A stretch of DNA of 61,807 bases, counting the filler, from Basidiobolus ranarum (lineage: Eukaryota): NCBI GenBank assembly GCA_040143965.1. It is 9 parts of 9 records of this genome, joined end to end, with 100 filler letters (N's around TTAATTAATTAA, not from the genome) between each part and the next. Parts side by side here need not be neighbours in the genome. Positions count along the whole stretch, not along the records: positions 20,687 to 27,465 come from JASJQH010008121.1; positions 27,566 to 34,340 come from JASJQH010008122.1; positions 34,441 to 41,211 come from JASJQH010008123.1; 6 more parts are not named here. One strand, written 5' to 3'. Positions 26,090 to 38,041 of the stretch are shown in pieces. A model generated the notes under the pieces. The model was not told where the DNA came from. It did not search any database and worked only from the letters and a program-made list of their open reading frames with translations. Each line of letters begins with the position of its first letter. The first letter of the stretch is position 1. A program made the position numbers and the translations under genes.

Positions 26090-26560
26090 CTTGAACCTCA
26101 ACTGGTACATTTCAAATGTGGCAAATAGCCCCAAATGTAAAGGCAACCAAAACACTGCAAAGCACCTACAGTAGTGTCATGCTACAAGGATGTAAAAAAA
26201 CAGTTAAAATGCTTGAAGTGTACTTTCAGGATATTCAAGGAAATTCTAGTGTAAATATGCCAAAAGTTACTTCATAGATAGAACAATGTACTTGACAATC
26301 AGTCTCATGCTGACCAAGCAGATAAATGAGAAGAATTTAATAGAGAGTAGCACAATATTGCAGGGTATCTGCCAGATAATTGGAAGAATGTTGGCTCAGC
26401 AAGGTTAATATAATGGTGGGCTTTGAAGGAGATATGGATAAAAACTCATATTGGATATGAGCTAAATCTTTGGCATGAAGAACTGCATAAAGATATTTAG
26501 GAGAATATATCAAAGAGACTAGGGATTTTGAAGATGACAAATTAGTATTCAAGTAGTAAA
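26090..26560 (+). repeat. Repeat family D copy (truncated)
   Basis: Aligns by eye with 20690-21170. Confidence 0.72.
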
Positions 26561-26569
26561 ATTGTAAAT

Positions 26570-27036
26570 TTTGTTGAAATCAGTATTGACTAAGTACTTT
26601 TCTAAGTAGACAATTCTCTAACTAAAAGATGAAGCCAGGAGAAGAATTTAAATCACTAATTAAGAGAGTTACCACTTTTGTGGATGAAATGCAATGATTT
26701 GGAGTATCTACTGCAGATCAAGATATCACAGTTACAGTTCTGAATAGCCCACCACACAGATTTTAGAGCCTAGTAATGGCTCTAGAATCAAGAACTGAAA
26801 ACTTGACCTTAAATTATGTATTTGAAGACTTGTGGAAGAGGATTTTTGTAAATCAGGATCCAACCAAAAGAATGATGAAAATGCTATAATAGGCTATGCA
26901 AAACCTTCCAATAAAGGTCAAAAGCACTTTAAGAAGAAAATGAATGCATTCTGTGATTAATGTAAAAGAACTGGCCATTTTAGCAAAGATTACTATCAAA
27001 GAATTGCAAAAGAAGAAAACACACTGAATCTGAAAA
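26570..27036 (+). mobile_element. Copia family A gag fragment
   Basis: LVMALESRTENLTLNY, IGYAKP, degraded CCHC knuckle; paralog of 11380-11830. Confidence 0.78.
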
Positions 27037-27465
27037 TGTGATCACCCCTAACAGAAATTTGAGGATTGTTATTGTAGGAAAACCATGACAATTCAAATCC
27101 ATATGGGATTGCCTGTTCACTTACCATCATAAAATCATCAAATCAGATTTGATTTTAATCAACTTTTTCAGTTTCAGGAGCAAAATTTCAAGATCTTGCA
27201 ACATAGTAACACATGATTGGCTACAATTGCAGAGAACTACGGATCACCACAGGTGCAAAAACCTAACTCAAATTTTCCACATTTACCACTCAAATGAGAA
27301 TATGTCACTTTCAAAATTCCTAGTTTCATTGACATATTCACCTGAATCTTCTAATAGAGTTCTTCATACCCAAGGTTTAGCTCATATCCAACATGAGTTT
27401 TTATCAATATCTCATTCTAAGCCGACCATTGTATTAACATTGACAAATCAACATTCTTCTCGCTA
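27037..27465 (-). repeat. Repeat family D inverted copy
   Basis: Reverse complement of about 20985-21410; begins TGTGATCACCCCTAACAG. Confidence 0.72.
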
Positions 27466-27565
27466 NNNNNNNNNNNNNNNNNNNNNNNNNNNNNNNNNNN
27501 NNNNNNNNNTTAATTAATTAANNNNNNNNNNNNNNNNNNNNNNNNNNNNNNNNNNNNNNNNNNNN
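27466..27565. other. Artificial contig spacer
   Basis: N44-TTAATTAATTAA-N44. Confidence 0.98.
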
Positions 27566-28060
27566 CGGTGATCTGAAAAACCTGAAGTCATGTACTGTTT
27601 GCACACAATTGGCAATCACTGAATCAGGTAAATATTGTTCATATTTGGCTTACATACCATTGATTCCCCATCTTAAGGTTTTGATGAAATCACCCTAATA
27701 TAGTTCATTGATCCAATACCAAAGTACTCACCGTAATGTACAGGTGTTTATTGGTTTTCGAACACTTTTACCACAGTTGATTAGCAACTGTTGCTTGCCA
27801 CAGACCTGATACAAGTGGAAAACACTTGTCAATTGTATGACTTAAAATCCTTCAGTACTTTAACTCCTTTCATGTCCAACTCATTGTTGGACTTTCACCA
27901 GTGATCTGAAAAACATCAAGTCATCTACTATTTGCACACAATTGGCAATCACTGAATCAGGTAGAGGTTGCTCAAATTTGGCTTACATACCTTTGATTCC
28001 CCATGTGATAGTGTTGATAAATTCACTCAACACAGAATATTGATCCAATACCAAAGTACT
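27566..28060. repeat. Direct repeat, two ~160-bp copies about 333 bp apart
   Basis: gtgatctgaaaaac...gcacacaattggcaatcactgaatcaggta...gatccaataccaaagtact at 27568-27728 and 27901-28060. Confidence 0.8.
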
Positions 28061-28601
28061 GGCAGTTAAGGTGATAGTATTGCCAATATGTGTGCTTGAT
28101 ATCTATACCAGAACCTGAAAAGTCAAGGTTTCTTCAAGAACAGGTGTGATCATGGTTTTTTTGTGAACAATAGGAACACACACATGCAATGACTCAGGAT
28201 GGTTTCTCACTAAGCAAACATGCTGTTAGAAAGACTTGATAGCCAATAGTTTTCATTAACTTAAATATTAATCCTTCTGAAAGGTATAAGATTCATAATA
28301 CTATGAAACTATCCATCATATCTGATTCTATAACATCAGTGCTTATAGATAGCTTCCTAAAGCCTTTGATTGTGGAAATTTAACAGTTATCAAATGGGTT
28401 CAGATGGGTATATATTTTATTAAGGCTACTATTATAGCATTTATTGGTAACACTCATGCCATGAATAACCATGGATGTTTTCATGGGCACAATGCACTAT
28501 CTTGCTGTTAATTATGTCAAATCAATGGAGTTTACTCTATCAGGCATATGCATTATACAATCTAAATACTAAACCAAATTCCATGACTTTATTGTCAAGA
28601 G

Positions 28602-31600
28602 TGTTGAAACTAAGAAAATAGCAACTCATTGCTTAGTAGTTAATTTATTCATATCTGATTATTTAACACTCTATTCTGCCATTCAAAGACATGCATTAAT
28701 TACTCTAAGCAATGAAAATATTAATTGAATCACTTGTACTAATTCTCACCATTTTGTCAAAACTTCTCCAAATTGCCAAAAATTATCACCCACACTTAGC
28801 AGGCCTGTTAGCTGTTATCTAAGCATGTCCAATGGTCCTTGTTCATAGCAAACTATAAATAGGACATATTTAATTTAATAAACCTTAAGTGTCTAATTAA
28901 CAAATCCTAATCTTGTCCAATACACTTCCAAATCTGCTGAACACTTTTATCAGGTTATGAGACACAAGCTAGCTGTTGATGGAATGTCAACCAATACTTT
29001 TACACTTGTTTTTGCTTTCACAGAGAAGTTGGATGGTGAAGACTCTCATCTTCAGACATTCAAGATGCAAATGGTGCTCAAAGACAAGAAACTTTTGGGA
29101 ATTGTTACAGGAGAAGAAATAGAGCCAAAGCAACCACCAGAAGCTACTGTTGCCCTTAACATGAAGCAGAGGAAATCATTCTCTACACTCTGTCTGCTGC
29201 TCAGAGACTCTCTACTTAGACACATACAAACAGCCAAAGTGTCCAAATGCTTGGAAAAAACTTGAGGTACTATAAGAGCCCAAAAGGCTGGCCAATAGGC
29301 TCTAGCTTGTGTAAATATTATTTTCAATTCAGATTAGTTCTGATGCATCTATTCTTAATTATATGAACTGGACAAAAGCCATGGCAGAAGAGCTCTGATC
29401 CATTGATGCACTTCTAAATGAAGATGACTTTATCATGACACTACTTGGGAGTCTGCCAGACAAGCTTGGGAACTGCGTAAATACCCTAGAATCAAGATTG
29501 GAACATTAACAATGGAATATGTTTGTGCTAGGCTTTTGAATTTGGAGTTAAGGAGACCTAATTCTCTGCAAAATAATGGAGAACAGGCATTATTTGGAGC
29601 TGTAGAATATCCAGCAGCCTTCAATAATGGTGCCCCTAAGAGAAAATCAATCAATCAAATGTATTTCACAAAACTAGGCCATTTAATGGAAAATTACAAA
29701 AAAGGTTTTTTGCTGAAAAGCTAAAATTGGAGCAAGCCAATCAAATAAGCACTGATAGGGCTCATCTGTTTGTGTCTGCTTTATCAGTAACTACTAAAAG
29801 AGACTCAGAAATGTGGTATGTTAATTCAGGAGCGTCCCAACATATATTGAACAAGAAAGATTGGTTTTGCAGCTTAACACTAATCCAATTAGGTAAAATC
29901 TACTGAGTGATGACTATGCACTGGATGCAGTTGGTCAGGGGAAAGTAGTGCTTAATTTAGACCAAAACTCAGCTACACCATCTGCAAAGTTGCACAATGT
30001 ACTCTACATACAAAATATAGCCAATAATCTACTCAAGGTAAGCCAAGTAACTACTCAAGAACTAAATTTTGTATTCAGCAAGGCTGGATTCATTATTATT
30101 GAGCAGATTAAAACTAAATCAGCTACTGGAATCAAAACTCAATACTTGTACAAGCTAGAAATTCACATGTTGCATTCTGAGCACACAAACAGGACCAATA
30201 CCGTGAAATAAGCTGTCAAACATGGCATAGAAGATAAAGCCACATTGGGGAACAAAAACTGGCGCAAATGAATCAAATTAGCTTGTTTCATGCATAAAAA
30301 TTGAAACTAACACTCAATTGGATCTGTGTGAACGTTGCATATATTAATAATATTGCAGATAGCCGTTTTCAAGCGTTGGAGAGATCCAATCTTTTAGAAG
30401 CTTGCCCTATGTGGACCCATGAAAGTGTTGCAATAGGTGAGAAAAGTTACTTTCTGACCATTGTTGATGACAAAACAAGATATAATTGGGTATTCTTTTT
30501 GAAATGAGAATATGAGCCTCAGCTACATTCAAGCACTGCAAAGCAATGGTAGAGAGAGAATCAGCAAAAAAAATGTGGGTACTAAGGAGTGATCATATGG
30601 AGAAAAATACTGCCTGGAAGAATTTGCAAGTTTTGATTCCAAACTTGGAATTAAGCAACAAACTACTGTACCTGAAACTACACAGCATAATGAAGTTGCA
30701 AAATGTGCTAATAGGACCATGGTGGAGATGACTAAGTCACTGTTACATGATCCAAAGTTATATTACCAATATTGGGCTGAATCTGTCCACACTGCAGTCT
30801 ATATCAAAAACTGATGCCCAAAAAGATTAATACAAAATTTTACTCCATTTGAAGCCCTATATGGATCAAAACCCAGTGCGGATCATTTCAGGATCTTTGA
30901 TTGCACTGGTAAAATTAGCATCGTCTAAAAACCTATGTAGTCATATATAGCCTAGTACTCAGTTATCTTATCATTCACTAAGATATTATCAATTAATCTA
31001 AATTGGAATTCACTTAGAATATTTTTACCAACTTAGAAGTTCTCTGATATATAGATTTTTCAGACTTGTGCTAGAAGCCCCAAACTTTGCACACATGTTC
31101 CTGGGACCTTCCTTAATACATTCTACATGTTAGTTTGTTTATTTCTTAACAAAACTATAAATGTCAACTTTCCACTCAATAAATCAACAAGTGAAAAGTA
31201 TCAATTCATCTAATTCTGCAAACCACTTCCAACAGGCTCCAAAATACTTTACCATGCACAGCATATTGCCTAATTCCAACTCAAAAGTGCTCTAACTTGG
31301 AACCTAAAGCAGAAAAAGCATATCACTTTGTTACTGTGACGGATCTAAGGTCTACAGACTGTTTGATACCCAAAATCAGTATCTAATTAAGTAAAAAGAT
31401 GTGATATTTGATCCAAGAGCAAATTTTTTAACCTCAAATCACAGTAATTCATCCAGAAAGCATAATCAGCACTACTTATGAGGTGTCAGATAGAGTTTCA
31501 GCATTATCTCAGCTCTATTCAACCAAAATTCCAGTCCCAATTAAATTCAAGAATGACTTAAAACCCAAAAGATCATCCTGGTGGAATACTTCCAATGATG

Positions 31601-33478
31601 ATGTATATTCTTATGCAGCATTCTGTGCCCAGCCACCAACTCTAGATCAAGCTCTGGAGTGTCCAGAATTGAAATTTTGGGAAAATGCAATGTCATATCA
31701 GTTTTCTTCACTTCAGCTCAATGAAATGTGAGTTTTAAATCCTCTACCATCAGGGAGAAAATTGATAGGTTGCAAATGTGAATACATAGCCAAAAACCAA
31801 GCTGATGCAACCATAAAAAGGTACAAAGCAAGATCAGTAGTAAAAGGTTATTCCCGGACTCCAGGAGTTGATTTAAATGAAATGTTTGCTCCAGTACCTA
31901 GGTTTAACTACATTAGATCAATCCTGGCTCTCTGAGCCATCCATAATCTTGATTTCCATCATATGGATGTACAAACAGCCTTGCTAAATGAATATCTAGC
32001 AGATGAAATTTATATGAAGTAAACAGCTGGATCTGTTGACCCAATACATCCTACTAAGGTCTGTAAACTGCAACAATTGCTATATGGACTCAAACAAGCA
32101 CCCAGGGCATGGTACAACAAGATATATATCTATTTATAATCACTGGAATTTCACAAATGCAAAGCAGAAAATTGTATTTATATTAGTACAACAAGAAATA
32201 TGATCCTTATCTTGGCACTATATGAGGATGACCTGATCATAGCCACAAATGATCTAGAAGCACTTGATTAGATGAAAAGCAGCTTATCAAACCAACATCA
32301 GATGACCAATATGGGTTGATTAAGTTATTTTCTTGGAATACAAATCAAGAGAGATAAACCCAATCAGAAAATTGTGCCGCATCAGTCTAGATATATCCTA
32401 GACAACCTAGAATGCTTCAACATGGAGAATAGCAAGCCTGTGCCACCCATGGATCCAAATGTGAAAGTAATCCAAATTTCAACCTATTTTGCTCCAAATT
32501 ACCCATATCAAAGCCAGGGGTTCCCTTATTGATCCATGGTGGGTAGTTCAATATAACAAATGGTTAGAACATGTCAAGACATTGTGGTGGCTGTGGGAAA
32601 TATCCACCAATAGCTTAAAAATCTAGGATCTGAGCACAAAACTGCAGTAAAATGAATATTCAGGTATTAGAGAAACTGTAGATGCAGTTCTGGATTATTC
32701 TGCCGCTGCTGATGCATAACCTTTGAAGACTACATTGAAGCAGACTGGGGAAGAGACCCTGAAGATACAAGATCAACCACTGGGTACACTTTTCTTTATG
32801 GTAATGATGCCATAACTTGGAATAGTAAGCAGCAACCAACCATAACACTTTCCAATACAGAAGCAGACTATACGGCTGCATCTGCCACTACACATAAAGC
32901 TATGTGGTTAAGGAAGTTATCTACAGACTTAGGATACATGCAAAAATGTGCTATTACTGTATTTGAAGAAAATCAAAGTTATATTTCATTAGTTGTTAAC
33001 TCTACATTTCCTGTTAGAATAAAACAGATATATATTAGGCATCATTTTGTTAGAGAAGCAACAAAGAAAGGTATAAGAGAAGCAATAGAGAATGATATAA
33101 CTAAAATTGTCTATTGCACTACTGAAGAAATGAGTGCTGACATCTTAACCAAACCTTGAGCTAAATCACAATTTGAATTATCTGGATATAATTTATGTTT
33201 GAGAGAAATAAAAAACAAGTAGTAGAGTAGGAATGATGAAATTAGATAAATAGCAACTCACTATTTAGTAGTTTGTTTATTCATGTTCTGATTATTTAGT
33301 ACTCAATTCTGCCATTCAAAAACATGTGTGTATTGCTCTACTTGATGGAAGTATCAATTTGATCACTTTTACCAATTTTTAATATTTTCTCAAGACTTAT
33401 TCAACCATTAACTGGTGTCTAATTCAGAAATCCAAATCTTGTCCAAAACACTTCCTAGTCCCATAATTACTTTTAATA
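28602..33478 (+). mobile_element. Full-length decayed Ty1/copia family B element (LTRs 28602-28952 and 33234-33478)
   Basis: TSD AAGAG on both sides; PBS GGTTATGAG; gag, WYVNSGASQH protease, integrase, LYGLKQAPRAWY and LYEDDLII RT, ADILTKP RNase H. Confidence 0.93.
30907..31254 (+). mobile_element. Solo family A LTR nested in the family B element
   Basis: TGGTAAAA...TTTACCA termini; perfect TSD TGCAC; removal restores FRIFDCTAYCLIP. Confidence 0.92.
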
Positions 33479-33647
33479 AAGAGCCTGGTCAGATTTCTAC
33501 ATGCTCACTGACATCAATTTACTCAACAGTCAGTCTAACATCAAATTAGTATTAGCTGTAGGCCTATGATTATATAACTCAAGCTTATTATTTAACAACA
33601 TTCCAATACTGCTTACTCAGCTATATAGTGGAAAATTCTATATGAAT

Positions 33648-33829
33648 GGACTTGTTCTCTGTGATAGTGCCAGATTGTGCTGCATATATCATATTGGATA
33701 AAGTATTCTAAAATTTATGCGGCACAATTTGGCACTATCCATCACCCTCAGGCATGATCAATTTCAATCACATTTACTCTAATAGATTGATACAAGGTCC
33801 AATAAATCTTGGCACAATGGAACAAGTCC
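33648..33829. mobile_element. Putative MITE
   Basis: TIR GGACTTGTTC/GAACAAGTCC flanked by AAT on both sides; internal 24-bp inverted repeat 33663-33739; related termini at about 48340-48352 and 61702-61713. Confidence 0.55.
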
Positions 33830-34340
33830 AATAAGTCATTTGAGATAGGATCAAAGTGAATGAATTAGGAAAATACTTGAAATCTCAAGATAACATTGTA
33901 GTTTACCAGAACTCCTATCAATATACACTCATCTAGCCATTTATTCAAATGTAAAAACTGGAAATATTGCATTTGTATAAATTCTGGTGAAATCTGGAAA
34001 AGATTTGTGCCTGATAAGTATTGGCAACATTGGGAGTTGTTTGCTCATAGTATTAATATTTTCTTATGGCATTGGAGCAGATTGGTAGATCTCAGGCAGA
34101 CATAGCAACTGTGCAAAGATTTTGTAAATGGATACAAAAAGCATTATTAGAGGTTTAAAGAAGATAGACTGAGTCTATTCCAGTATTCTATACATTTCTT
34201 GCTGCATCCTTCAAAATTCTTAGAGATCATAGGCCCTTGCTATACATTCTGGGAGTTCCCAATTGGGCACACTGGTTGTGAAATGATGCTCTGTGTGAAG
34301 TTGCTAGTATTACCATATGCTAATATGACCAACAATGTAT

Positions 34341-34440
34341 NNNNNNNNNNNNNNNNNNNNNNNNNNNNNNNNNNNNNNNNNNNNTTAATTAATTAANNNN
34401 NNNNNNNNNNNNNNNNNNNNNNNNNNNNNNNNNNNNNNNN
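34341..34440. other. Artificial contig spacer
   Basis: N44-TTAATTAATTAA-N44. Confidence 0.98.
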
Positions 34441-35251
34441 CACCGGCACCGGGGCCTGCTCCATATCCTGGCCGATCACCGGCGCCATTTCCTCCAGGTC
34501 CTGAGCCACCTCCATTTCCGCCAGGGCCGGAGCCACCTCCATTTCCAGTGTCATAAGAGTTTGGTCCTCCGTTACCTCCAGATCCGGATCCTGATCCTTC
34601 ACCGCCACCATTACCACCGGCACCGGGGCCAGCTCCATATCCTGGGCCTTCACCACCGCCATTTCCTCCAGGTCCTGAGCCACCTCCGTTACCACCAGCA
34701 CCATTTCCGGTGTCGTAAGCACTGGGTCCTCCATTATCGCCAGCACCGGATCCTGGTCCTTCGCCTCCACCGTTACCACCGACACTAGGGCCAGCTCCAT
34801 ATCCTGGACCTTCGCCTCCACCATTACCACCGGCACCAGGGCCAGCTCCATATCCTGGACCTTCACCTCCACCATTTCCACCTGCGCCAGGGCCAGCGCC
34901 TCCTCCATTGCCGCCCGATCCTGGCCCCTCACCTCCACCATTGGCACTTTCACATTCTTCTTCGTCATTATCACCACCATGATCACCGCCATTGTCACCT
35001 GATCCAGATCCAGGGCCAGTACCACCACTACCACCACCATTTCCTGGTCCTCCATATCCCCCATTACCTCCTGAACCAGATCCAGGGCCTTCACCACCAC
35101 CATTTCCTAAATTTCCCAAAATATCTGTTATATCGTATGTAGGTTTTGCTACTGTATGATCTTCACCGTTGTGGCGGCGATGTAAAGCGGCACCATTGAT
35201 AGCGGAAATTCCGGAAAGAACAAATAAAAGTTTAGGTGCGGTAATTTTCAT
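34441..35251 (-). CDS. Secreted glycine-rich repeat protein, 3'-partial
   Basis: MKITAPKLLFVLSGISAINGAALHRRH signal peptide plus dibasic site, then GPGAGGNGGGEGPGYGA repeats; TATA-like tataaaa upstream near 35350. Confidence 0.85.
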
Positions 35252-36462
35252 TTTGGTATTAAATAAAAAGTGTCTAAGATTGCAAGTAAAAAAGAGATAG
35301 AAAAGATACTTGATTTCACAATTCAAATATTCAGTCGGAGGGGAAGCTTTTATAGCACGAAAGAGAAGAACTTCGTTTGTTAATGATGTTGAACTAATTA
35401 TACCCCTTTCGTAGAATTCAAAATCAAATATTGTTCCTGTTGAGATTTATGCAGGGGAGGTTTCCTTCAAAATATACACAATGATCTCCTCGATTTCAGA
35501 ACAACTTGATACAACATCCAAATCCACCTGCCCCTAGATTCTGTATGGGTTTCAGGAAGAAAGTCAATGAGATATACGAATATTGACCAAGAAACTGTGC
35601 AACCCATCTTCATTGTATATGGATGATTTGATTTGACGGTAGTGGTAGTGATAATTTGCCTTAAAGGATCCTATTTCCAATGAGATTACAGTAACCATTT
35701 CATGACTAGTTTTGTAAATAGGATAGTAGACATATGCAAGCGATCTTGGTCTAAGGGCTAAGGGATAGAATACAACTACCAAAGTGGCTGCATTACTTTC
35801 ACATTCTAACTCCTTACTTGCTGGGTGTTACAATGTGTTTCAATGGATTCCATTCGTCATCCACCAATATACTCCATCTAAGTAAACAAGCTGATGCTTG
35901 GTATTGGTTCCCTGTATGCGTTGCTTCTAGTCAATGCTGGCTTTTTAACGCTTTAGGTGTTTGTGAGAAGTAATGCAGTGAAGGGCTCTGCTCCAAAACA
36001 TGTAAGGAAGGGGATTGTTTACACGAATATGCCAACGCATGTTTCTCATCAATCCCTCAGCCATGCCACCGCCAGATCCAGATCAATACCTTGGGTCACG
36101 GTCATAGTCATGGTCACAGTCAGGGTCATGCCATTGATAAGGAATTCATTAAATATTTCTAGATCAATATTACAGGTCACAAATGGAAATACTCGGAATC
36201 ATATATTTCTCTGCATCTAAAATTGGTATTTACTTAGATGTACTCATAATACTGATTTTGATGATGAAGCCTCATTGGACAGCTTATACGTCAACGGTGG
36301 CTGCTTTCAAAGATATATCTTCAACGATTATCAAAAGTAATATAGAATCCAGTCCAAGCCTTGAATATGATTTCTCAATTCATGTGTATGATGTTCTGAT
36401 TTTCGGATGCAGTTTAATGGTGAAAAAATGATGCGTTGGAAGTGAAATAGTATAAACCAACA

Positions 36463-36828
36463 TTAGCGACATTTGAAAGTAGTTGTTCCAGAAGGAACTT
36501 CCAAAAAATACGCTTTACGTTTGTTATCTGAGTCTGGTGGCTTTAGGATACATAAGAAAAGAGTTAAACATGATTGTTTCTCACTTTTAAGAGAATGAGG
36601 TATACCTACCTTTTTTGTTTCGAAATCCTCTACTACCTCATCGGTTGTCGTTAGTTCCAAAGACAAGAGCGCGCTAACTAGACGTGCTTGAAGTAAGTAA
36701 TCCTCTTGCGAGAACAAGAGATCACTGAATTTTCTTTCAAATGCTGCTCTCCATTGTTTGGTTCGGTTGTATCGTCGATTAAGTAACTCGAGGAAAAGTA
36801 ACAATTGCTGTTGCTTACCAGGTTCCAT
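36463..36828 (-). CDS. Hypothetical protein (121 aa)
   Basis: ATG-initiated ORF in a region with normal CpG content; no recognised motif. Confidence 0.3.
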   Translation of the reverse strand: MEPGKQQQLLLFLELLNRRYNRTKQWRAAFERKFSDLLFSQEDYLLQARLVSALLSLELTTTDEVVEDFETKKVGIPHSLKSEKQSCLTLFLCILKPPDSDNKRKAYFLEVPSGTTTFKCR

Positions 36829-37741
36829 CTTCGCAGGTAATCATATATGATCTGCCTTTTAGTGAAGGTGGAATGTCACGTGAAGTTTCAGTAGTTCAAA
36901 GTTGTGTCAGTAATCCGATACAAGGATACTAGGAATAGATGATCAGCGATTATAAGCATCAGCGCCATTTTAGGACCAGTGAAAGTTGATTTAGATATTT
37001 CCTAATTCAATCAACTCGTTGGTAAGATATTATTATACACATTTATTGAATTCTATATGAACAATGATTGAAATTCTTTTGGTGATAAAAGTAGAGTAAT
37101 GCAATGACAAGTGAATATCTGTCTCAAGTTGAATTGAAAGTACATAGTTATACCCTTAGATACTAAGAGAAGGAAGGATGCATAACTGTTCCAGTACTTA
37201 ATAACTTCATTTCAACAGGGGTAAATCAGATATTTCATAATAAAAAGTCACCGACCAAATAAAAATTGCTGAAAGAGTGTCTATGTTCATATCTAAAGTT
37301 TGCTGCATTCCTGGTTCCAGTTCCAGATGATTAAGCCCAAGTTTAACTATGCAGTCAGATGATTATAATCATTATGACAGAAGTGAGGCATATAGAACAC
37401 AGGATGCCAAAGTTCCTGGTCCTATAGATTTTCATATTCCCACTTTGCCGTAATTTAGTTAAGAATACTACATAGAGAGTTATCTCAAGAAAGTGAACAA
37501 CACGCGCTTGCGAAATATTCTTTCTATTGAACATTAAAGAATCGTGCATTAATCAAGAGTAGAAGTATCAATATTCCAACAGATTGTTAACATAGTGTAA
37601 AATATATCATATTGCCTTTAAGTTAGTTCAAATCTTTTAGTAAGGGTGGCATATTTTTGGGCTGTGAGTTCACACCGAAACACTAGTCTGTTGTAGGATA
37701 CTAGGCTGGGTATAGTTAACCGCGACCTACGCTGAGGTTAA

Positions 37742-38041
37742 CTACTGAGGTGTTAGGGCTATTATACCATTAAGTTGAATCTGAGTAGAGATAGCGTTGA
37801 TAGCGTCCAGACGTTGTTGAATAGGTTGTGAATCAGTTATCCTTTGTATGCCGTTGGCTACTTGTACTGTCAGTGAACAAATCCTTTGCAAATTGTTGGT
37901 CACATCTTCTAATGCATTGTCAGTTATTTGAGCAAGAGATATAGTATCATTAGCACCACGGTTTACCTGTGCTAACCCATCACCCTGAGCAGTGGACGGA
38001 TGATTTTGAGTAGTACCGTTTGGATTCAAAGTAAAGGCCAG
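37742..38041 (-). pseudogene. Bacterial flagellin N-terminal (D1)-like ORF; no in-frame ATG
   Basis: GLAQVNRGANDTISLAQITDNALEDVTNNLQRICSLTVQVANG...QQRLDAINAISTQIQLNGIIAL resembles FliC [43 protein letters not shown]...QRLNEIDRVSGQTQFNGVKVL (recalled, not searched). Confidence 0.8.

Noticed and set aside
34393-35103. 236-aa Val/Met/Glu-rich alternative frame
   Set aside because: Off-frame translation of the Gly repeats; extends into N padding.
35830-36431. GHGHSHGHSQGH tract between hydrophobic fragments, suggesting a CDF/ZIP metal-transporter relic
   Set aside because: Frames are broken and I could not find diagnostic transporter motifs; needs tBLASTn.
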